Shown here: piece by piece, positions 57,398 through 64,000 of the stretch
Layout: every line of letters starts with the position of its first letter
Position numbering within the stretch: position 1 is the first letter of the stretch
From: Nitrospiraceae bacterium
GTDB taxonomy: Bacteria; Nitrospirota; Nitrospiria; Nitrospirales; Nitrospiraceae
Length of the DNA stretch: 64,000 nt
NCBI GenBank assembly: GCA_050246315.1
Contig: JBFWWG010000001.1
Location: 64,001 to 128,000, forward strand
Direction: 5' to 3'
Made by a program: the position numbers and the translations under genes
Notes under the pieces: model-generated
Databases searched by the model: none
The model's input: the letters and a program-made list of their open reading frames with translations, nothing else
What the model was told of the DNA's origin: nothing

Positions 57398-58821
57398 CGC
57401 AGCGTGACAGCCGAGACCGGGTACCATCGATCGACCCGACGGCCCGCAATGGCCAGATCCACCAGCGGGGCTCGACCTGTTTCATCAAGCACCGCGACCT
57501 CAATCTGATACCTCCCAGCCGGGAGCTGTTCAGGAAGGGTCGTCGCATCCTCGACTTGGTATCGTTCGCCTGGTAGCCATCGCCTGAGATCCGCCTTGCT
57601 TGTCCATTGCGCCACGACCTGCTCCGACTCGTTTCTCAGCCGGTAGGCAAGCGGCCAGGGCCGATAAACGGGAGCCACGCCGACATTCTCCCATCGGGAT
57701 TGCAGCTCGAAAGGACTACCGGCTCCGGCCTCCGCTTGATGGCTGAACTCACGCAACACCAGTCGATAGCCCATCTTCTTGAGAAACTGCTCGACCTTGG
57801 AGCGCCAGACCTTCGGCACGGGAGCCGATTTGGCGTTCAGGACCGACACGTGCCAGTCCAACCCTTGCTGCAAGATGCGATCGATGTCGAAGCCCTTGTC
57901 GTACCAGTCCTGCATCACGCCGCAGACCTCGAACTGCACCGGCCCTCGTTTCCAGGCGTCGCCGATCACGGAATCTCGCAGGACCGGCGCATAGGCATGC
58001 TCCATATGATTCCAGGTGGGAGTGAAATAGCCGTAGTCTCCGAAACAGTCTCCGCGCCAGCCGGCTCCGCGCTCGGCGCCGTATTTGAGCAGGCCGCTGT
58101 GTAGGCTGACGAGCGGCACCTGCGGGAAATAGTGGATGTACCAGTCCGTGATCCTGATCTGATTCGCCTCGCTCGGGAAGAACGTCTGACATTGAGGGAG
58201 GTGCTCCGGCAGGCAGCAGGCCGTATTCCATTCCCCCCAGCACCCGACCGACCCGATATCCACATGGTCGATGTCCGGCGAAGCGCCATACCGCTCGCCG
58301 AAGGCCTTGATGAGCTTTTCGTGGTACTCGAGGAAGAGAGGATTGTTGTAATCCGGAAAAATCCCGTCGGTTTCCTTGATGCTCGCGACGCCCTTCTCCA
58401 ACAACCAGCGGGGCGACCCTTGCTCGTATTCCGCCACGATGCGGAAAGCGAGCCGTTCGCCCTTGGCCTTGGCCTGTTCGATGATCCGGTCGACGAACTC
58501 GAACGCGTACTGCCCCTCGGCCGGCTCAAGATCGGCCCAGGACCAGCGAAAGTAGGCCACAGTCGAGCGCGGATATTGATCGGTCGTTGGTGGGTGGCCG
58601 AATCCGAAATGAAAATCGGCAAAGCCCATGCCAGGGTTGTATAGAACCTCATCGATCTCGACCGGCCGCACCGCAACCCACGGGACCGGCTCCCGGGATG
58701 GAGGACCACCCAGTGACTCGCCATCCTCCGCGCCGCCGAAACCCGGCATCTGAAAGACGCCGCTCCACAGCAAAAACCAGAGAATGATCGGCCAGCGCCG
58801 AGTTCGCCCGCTCGCGTTCAT
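57394..58821 (-). CDS. Exported DUF4832/glycoside-hydrolase-like protein
   Basis: Signal peptide; NPGMG, YFRWSWADLEP..G.Y.F, G.WGEW, MGYRL, WENVGVAP.Y. Confidence 0.8.
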   Translation of the reverse strand: MNASGRTRRWPIILWFLLWSGVFQMPGFGGAEDGESLGGPPSREPVPWVAVRPVEIDEVLYNPGMGFADFHFGFGHPPTTDQYPRSTVAYFRWSWADLEPAEGQYAFEFVDRIIEQAKAKGERLAFRIVAEYEQGSPRWLLEKGVASIKETDGIFPDYNNPLFLEYHEKLIKAFGERYGASPDIDHVDIGSVGCWGEWNTACCLPEHLPQCQTFFPSEANQIRITDWYIHYFPQVPLVSLHSGLLKYGAERGAGWRGDCFGDYGYFTPTWNHMEHAYAPVLRDSVIGDAWKRGPVQFEVCGVMQDWYDKGFDIDRILQQGLDWHVSVLNAKSAPVPKVWRSKVEQFLKKMGYRLVLREFSHQAEAGAGSPFELQSRWENVGVAPVYRPWPLAYRLRNESEQVVAQWTSKADLRRWLPGERYQVEDATTLPEQLPAGRYQIEVAVLDETGRAPLVDLAIAGRRVDRWYPVSAVTLR

Positions 58822-58876
58822 GCGTTCATGATGAGGATCTGCTGTTGCGGCAAATACGATTAGGAATCACTGACGG

Positions 58877-59659
58877 CTAGTTCGCGCGCATTGCCGACAG
58901 GTCCTGAATCGCTCGCAGGATATCCGACACGGACAGCACGCCGATGATGGTCTGATCCGCCGTCACGGGGAGATGCCGCACTCCCGCTTCCTTCATCAAG
59001 GCCAGGGCGTCGGACAGAGACTCCGTCAGCTCAATGGTCACGACCGGCTTGCTCATGCAGGTGAGCACGGTCGTCGTGTTCGGATCGAGCCCGCGGGCCA
59101 CGGCCTTCCGGCTCAAGTCCGAGTCGGTCACGATCCCGATGTACCGTGAGCCATCGTCCACGATCAGCGATCCCACTTTCCATTTCTGCAATGCCCGGCC
59201 GGCCTCCTTGATCGTCGCACCGCTGTAGATACTCCGGACATCGCTGCACATATAGCCTTCGACCGTCACCTGCCGCAAGGCCTGCCCATCGAAGCCGGAC
59301 CGCCGAGTGACGAGAAGGCGCTTGCGGAATTCCAGCTCGGCCACGCAGCTTTCGAGCACCCGCTTACGTTGCTGGAGGCTCTCGCGCTCCCGGTCATGAG
59401 TGCCGCTTTCCTGCGCTTCCTCGGGCAGAAGGCTCCCTTCGCCGATCTTGGCATAGAGGTATGCCTCGAACTGATCGGAGGCCTGGCCGAATACCTGGCC
59501 GATCAGATCTTCGATCTGTTCATCGAACTCTTCCAGGGTGATCGTCGGCTTCTTGCGGGAGAGAAACGGCTGAAATTTTTCCAACCGCTCCCCAAACCGC
59601 TGAATATAGCGGTCCAGAAACGTCGCGCGCGTCAACCCGGTCCTTGTCTTGATTCCCAT
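58877..59659 (-). CDS. CBS-pair protein with N-terminal helical domain
   Basis: VGSLIV...GIVTDSDL and VRHLPV...GVLSVSDI. Confidence 0.88.
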   Translation of the reverse strand: MGIKTRTGLTRATFLDRYIQRFGERLEKFQPFLSRKKPTITLEEFDEQIEDLIGQVFGQASDQFEAYLYAKIGEGSLLPEEAQESGTHDRERESLQQRKRVLESCVAELEFRKRLLVTRRSGFDGQALRQVTVEGYMCSDVRSIYSGATIKEAGRALQKWKVGSLIVDDGSRYIGIVTDSDLSRKAVARGLDPNTTTVLTCMSKPVVTIELTESLSDALALMKEAGVRHLPVTADQTIIGVLSVSDILRAIQDLSAMRAN

Positions 59660-59798
59660 CGTGTGCCACTCCTCTTGTGAAGGGAGCCAGACTATCGCAA
59701 CAGCCTATCAAGGCTCAAGAGGCAGCTCCGTTCGACGGGTACGTCGGCCGGAGTCATGCTTGAAGCGCAAGGCGGAAGGATGGAGCGTAGAGGGTCGG

Positions 59799-60515
59799 CT
59801 AATGAAGCAGTTTCTCGACGGTGCCCTTGATCAGGTCGTACAGAAATTGACCCAACTCGTGGACGTCATAAAATAGATAGGTCATCTGTGTCGTCAACAC
59901 AAACAGGCCCGTGTACAACGTCGCCGGCCTCGTCCGTTCCCATCTCGCCGTCCAAGAACCGAGACGGGTCCGTATCCCGGCGTTGGTGCAACACGCATAG
60001 GTGACCGATCCACCCAATATGGCTCCTGCGACAACATCGGTCAGGTAGTGGAGGCCGAGGTATACCCTGGGAAACGAGATGACAATGACGGCATGGGCCA
60101 ACGCCAACCATCCCAGTATTCGAGAAATGAAATAGAACCCGACCGCGAATGAAAAGAAGAACGTCGCGTGGTCACTCGGGAATGCACTCCACGACGAATA
60201 ATGCCATTCTTGGAGTCCCTCGGCATGTTTCAGGTGGAGCTCCGGCGTGAACAAAGGCCTCACGCGGAGCGGCTTGTATTGTGCGAGTTGAGAAAGTGCA
60301 ACCGCCACGATGCAAGACATCAAGAGCGTCACCAGCATCGCATGACGGTTCTCGTTTCGATCTTCTCTGAACCAAGCCCACCAGAACAGGGGGAGGACGA
60401 TGTATCCTTTGGCCAGATTACTCGATGCGAGATAGACCATGATCGCATCAAACGTCCATGACCGCTGGACAAACTGGTTGAAAAACGAGGTGACCGCAAG
60501 ATGCACCGACGTCAT
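59799..60515 (-). CDS. PAP2-family membrane phosphatase
   Basis: RVRP, AFPSDHA, PRVYLGLHYLTDV; ATG 60515. Confidence 0.9.
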   Translation of the reverse strand: MTSVHLAVTSFFNQFVQRSWTFDAIMVYLASSNLAKGYIVLPLFWWAWFREDRNENRHAMLVTLLMSCIVAVALSQLAQYKPLRVRPLFTPELHLKHAEGLQEWHYSSWSAFPSDHATFFFSFAVGFYFISRILGWLALAHAVIVISFPRVYLGLHYLTDVVAGAILGGSVTYACCTNAGIRTRLGSWTARWERTRPATLYTGLFVLTTQMTYLFYDVHELGQFLYDLIKGTVEKLLH

Positions 60516-61150
60516 GTCATCAGGCCCCTTTCCGGTCGGATGATCACGATGGCATGGAGATCTTCCCTCTTCTCTCCTCATCGATCGGCGACACGGATGG
60601 CAATCTGGCGGTTGCGACTGAGAGCCAAGGAGACCGAACCGATGGGAGGCGGGATAGTATCGTATAGTATTCTAGAGCGTGTTGCACGAAAAGGAATGGG
60701 ACTTTTCCTGGAGGAAGATCGCACCCATCCAAAGCCGTGATCAGATATCAGCCTGCAGCAGCATGGTTACGGGTGAGACTTCACGGCACACTACCGACTG
60801 CTGCTTGTCCCAAAACCACTGTCGCTCGATATCAGGACCTACAGGCGTCTCTGTCCATATCCGCCGGTCGAGGAAATTTACCGAGGAGTCGTCCAAGAAG
60901 CTGGGAAAGGGAGTAGGCAAGTTTCGATCCGGTTACGTCATGACGCATCGGACCGTTCAATGGTTGAACAGGACGGGTTTATAAGGTGATTCAACCCGGT
61001 AAGATCGAGAAACAGCGCCGTCGAGGCGTGCAGTGATCAGTGGCCGCACAGTGCGGATGGTGCGGAATCGCTCATGTTCCGCGCCATGGGCTGATACACA
61101 CCGTCCACACTCACCGCGGTTCAACCGAGTCTGGACAGTCTACCCGGTCG

Positions 61151-61978
61151 TTACGACACTGGTTTCAACAGGTCCCTGACCCTGCATCTCAGATAGAGCA
61201 TCCTCGCGATCGCGCTCTCAGAATCCTTAGGGTGAAGGTCCGGTACACAAGCGTAAGCATCCTGAATGTCGTGCCAGCCTCTCTCTTGGAAGTGAATGCA
61301 CCGAAGGCCACACTGTTCGACTAGAGAACAGACCCACCCTGGAGCGGATAGCGAGATCCCATATTGCCGGTTCTGATAGTCTCCAAACCCGAACCCTGTT
61401 CGCTCATACTCGTACAGAGCCACGGTTTTACTCCAATACGGCAGGCAATACTCGTAGGCATCCTCCAGGCCTTTCATCCTGTGGTAGACATATCGGCCAT
61501 GGGTGGTGAAGACGAGCACACCATCCTTTCGCAGAGACCGTACAAGGCGGCGTAGAAACGCCGGCCAGCGCTCGGCATTCAGATGAGTGAACAATGACCC
61601 TACCCAAATGAGATCAAACTGGTGCAGCGGCAGCTCAATCTGTTCCGGCTCGTTGCGGGAGTACACTGGTTTCGCCGCAAAGGTTTCCGCACAGAACTCC
61701 ACGCCGTCCCTCAACACATCGCACGCGGTGATCTCCGCCGTGGGAAACGCAGCCTTCAGATACCGCAATACCCGGCCATGTCCACACGGAAGATCTAGAA
61801 TGTGTTGAATGTCGGAGACGGGCTTCTTTGCCGCATGAAGACATTGGTCGATCACATCAAGCGCCGAGCGCCCGACATACCAATACCAATCAGAAAATCC
61901 CCGATCGCCGGCGTACATTTCGTCATTCGGAGAGATGGTCCGAATGACGTTCTCCTCACCGATTGCCAGCCGCTGCAT
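61151..61978 (-). CDS. Class I SAM-dependent methyltransferase
   Basis: ILDLPCGHGRV, FDLIWVGSLFTHL, L..DGVLVFT. Confidence 0.88.
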   Translation of the reverse strand: MQRLAIGEENVIRTISPNDEMYAGDRGFSDWYWYVGRSALDVIDQCLHAAKKPVSDIQHILDLPCGHGRVLRYLKAAFPTAEITACDVLRDGVEFCAETFAAKPVYSRNEPEQIELPLHQFDLIWVGSLFTHLNAERWPAFLRRLVRSLRKDGVLVFTTHGRYVYHRMKGLEDAYEYCLPYWSKTVALYEYERTGFGFGDYQNRQYGISLSAPGWVCSLVEQCGLRCIHFQERGWHDIQDAYACVPDLHPKDSESAIARMLYLRCRVRDLLKPVS

Positions 61979-62148
61979 GAGTCACAGGCCTGCCTATTCC
62001 ATCGAACGGGATGAGGATGGGGAAGAGCAAGTTTCGGTCCGTGGACATATTTCGATGGAAATTTCGAATATTCCGCTGTTCATGACAGTGGAGCAGCAAA
62101 ATTGTCACAGTCGCACAGTGGACCCCGTGCCCATTCGCTCCACCAAGA

Positions 62149-62307
62149 CCAGAAGTCATTTCAAAACCCTCCGTTCATCCGGTTGATGCACTCACCGCGG
62201 GCTTCGACCGGCTGAGGGCGAACGGATCTGTCCTTGAAAACTGGATATTCCTCCGTTCGTGCTGAGCCTGTCGAAGCACGGTGATGGGGTTTTGAAATGA
62301 CTTCTGG
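62149..62307. mobile_element. 159-bp MITE, family B
   Basis: Perfect 21-bp inverted repeats CCAGAAGTCATTTCAAAACCC / GGGTTTTGAAATGACTTCTGG; internal inverted CTTCGACCGGCTGAG..CGAACGG / CCGTTCG..CTGAGCCTGTCGAAG pair. Confidence 0.85.
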
Positions 62308-62329
62308 CCCGCATGAACAACGCAGGCTC

Positions 62330-62743
62330 CTAGCGACTCCGAAGTTGCCCGGCAACGAAGGCAGCCTGCTGAGCAAGTCTGTCACAGGCCTCGTTTTCCG
62401 GATGGCCGTTGTGACCGCGCACCCATTGCCAGTCGATGTGGTGGAAGGCCGCGAGCCGATCTAATTCAGCCCACAGATCATGATTCTTTTTCCGTTTCCA
62501 ACCTAGCACCATGGTCTTGATCAGGAGCTGCGAGTCGGAATGGAGTAGAACCGTCTGGGAGGTTGGCAGGGTCTTCAAGGCTTCGATCGCCGCGGTCATT
62601 TCCATGCGATTGTTCGTGGTCTCCACCGCATGGCCTGCCCCTTCGGTCCGCTCCCCGCCGGTTTGGATGATAAAGGCCCAGCCTCCCGGGCCTGGATTCC
62701 CAAGACAACTGCCGTCGGTCCAGATGAGCACCTGAGGGTTCAT
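62330..62743 (-). CDS. rnhA: Ribonuclease HI
   Basis: TDGSCLGNPGPGG, TTNNRME, SDS, WVRGHNGHPENE.CD. Confidence 0.96.
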   Translation of the reverse strand: MNPQVLIWTDGSCLGNPGPGGWAFIIQTGGERTEGAGHAVETTNNRMEMTAAIEALKTLPTSQTVLLHSDSQLLIKTMVLGWKRKKNHDLWAELDRLAAFHHIDWQWVRGHNGHPENEACDRLAQQAAFVAGQLRSR

Positions 62744-62756
62744 GTAGCTCCGAGGA

Positions 62757-62969
62757 CTAGCCCGCATGATTCATGACGGTTGATCGCGTTCCACCCCTTT
62801 CAGCGCAAGTCCAACGGGTACCCGGCAGTCGCCAGGCGAGACGGGTACGCGGAGCGCGGAAGGTTGCGGCCATCGACTGGTATCATCGCAGCAGCGAATC
62901 GAGGCGCTCGTTGTTCTCTTGTCGTCTTGAGCCAAGACAGCAGAAGCCTTCATGACTCATGCGGGCTAG
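62757..62969. mobile_element. 213-bp MITE-like element, family C
   Basis: CTAGCCCGCATGATTCATGA / TCATGACTCATGCGGGCTAG (19/20 inverted, including a terminal CTAG at each end); internal GTAC-flanked hairpin. Confidence 0.78.
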
Positions 62970-63230
62970 CGCAAGAGCTGCTCGCCCTCTTCAATGGCTT
63001 TCAGCCACGGCTTGGGAAGATCGATAAAGGAGGTCAACAGCGCACCATCGGTCCCAGCGCGGACCCCACAAGTATGGGAGACACACTATAGCGCTTCTCC
63101 CAATCCGTTTTCATCCGTGACCCAGAGGCTCTCCAACCAGTCCGACACTCGCCTCGAACATCAGACCTATTGATTGGCACGCCGCGCGACCTGTAAGCTG
63201 ATTTCCCCGCTCAGACATGATGGAGGTCAG

Positions 63231-64000
63231 ATGGCCTCAACGCTGCTTGTGTTCACTCTCTGGGTGACGGCCTTTCTCCTCCCCTCAACACCGGCCGGCG
63301 CAACCATCCCCTCAAACGCCGCCGTGCCATATGTCGACGGCCTCGATGCGTTGAACGACGGCCGCTGGCGTGACGCCGTCGCCGTGTTGACCAAAGCCCT
63401 CGATGTCGCAGGTGACAATCCTGATATCCTGTTCGCCCGTGGCGTCGCCTCCACCTTGGCGGAAGATTTTCCGAACGCGCTCAAAGATCTCCAACGCGCC
63501 GGACGGCTCGGCTATCCGGGACGGGAACCGGAACTGTGGACGTACGTGGCGGAGGCCATGAGCGGAACGGTCACGGTACCGGACCATGCCTTGGGCGGAG
63601 GACCCAGAGGTGTTCCATCCGGTCCCGTCGTCGTGTTGCTCCCCGGCCATCTCGCGCAAGGCCATGACGACTACACCACGGAATATGGATCGTTCATCCT
63701 CTATCGGCTCGGCCAGGCTTACCAAGACCACCGTCTGCCGGCGGACAAGGGCGGAAGCGGCAAGTCAGGCGGCACCAAGAGTCCCGAGATGCGTCAAGCG
63801 ATGTTGAAGGCCGGACAACTCTTTGCAGAGAAGAACTATCGCCGGCCGGAGGTGGCTGCCATCAGCACGTCGCGCGCAACGCAGGCCTCGGGCGACACCA
63901 TCACTCCCAAGCACATGGCCCACGTGGCGCGAGCGCTCGCCGGAAACCCGGCGGATCCTCAGGCCCATTACCAAGCCGGCAGGGCATGGCTGGAGGCGGG
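63231..64000 (+). CDS. Exported TPR-like protein (runs off window end)
   Basis: Manual translation after a GGAGG RBS: MASTLLVFTLWVTAFLLPSTPAGA signal, then DAVAVLTKALDVAGDNPDILFARGVA... TPR-like helices. Confidence 0.75.
   Translation, partial: MASTLLVFTLWVTAFLLPSTPAGATIPSNAAVPYVDGLDALNDGRWRDAVAVLTKALDVAGDNPDILFARGVASTLAEDFPNALKDLQRAGRLGYPGREPELWTYVAEAMSGTVTVPDHALGGGPRGVPSGPVVVLLPGHLAQGHDDYTTEYGSFILYRLGQAYQDHRLPADKGGSGKSGGTKSPEMRQAMLKAGQLFAEKNYRRPEVAAISTSRATQASGDTITPKHMAHVARALAGNPADPQAHYQAGRAWLEA

Noticed and set aside
60516..61150. Unexplained ~630-bp gap between the PAP2 and methyltransferase genes
   Set aside because: No convincing ORF, repeat or RNA motif could be supported by eye.
1..64000. 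CRISPR array, rRNA or prophage
   Set aside because: No regularly spaced direct repeats, rRNA signatures or phage genes were seen.

Overview
GC-rich bacterial chromosomal window. Gene content and the complex I architecture suggest Nitrospira/Nitrospirota (inference). Housekeeping blocks: trmFO-xerC-hslV-hslU; tRNA-Ser/SRP RNA-dnaX-ybaB-recR-dksA; tRNA-Leu-tig-clpP-clpX; queE-pepA-nagZ; priA; pyrE; rnhA; four tRNAs in total. The centrepiece (35.0-49.2 kb) is a '2M'-type complex I cluster, nuoABCD-G-I-J-[gdx]-K-L-M-M-N. It has no nuoE, nuoF or nuoH, a formate-dehydrogenase-like NuoG lacking the Mo/W ligand, an extended NuoL lateral helix, and a Gdx/SugE-type SMR transporter gene lodged at the nuoJ/nuoK junction. 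Mobile and repeat DNA: an internally deleted IS1202-family element with a 16-bp target duplication; three ~335-bp structured elements, each with three TIR copies at a fixed 77-78 bp spacing; and two further MITE-like families. Several of these sit on YTAR sites that overlap stop codons. Other unusual proteins: a helicase-degenerate PriA, a tandem desulforedoxin-like protein with three Cys per repeat, a very long TatA with a second TatA/B-like helix, and tandem PilZ proteins with a degenerate motif. All calls come from reading the sequence and ORF track; no database searches were run.
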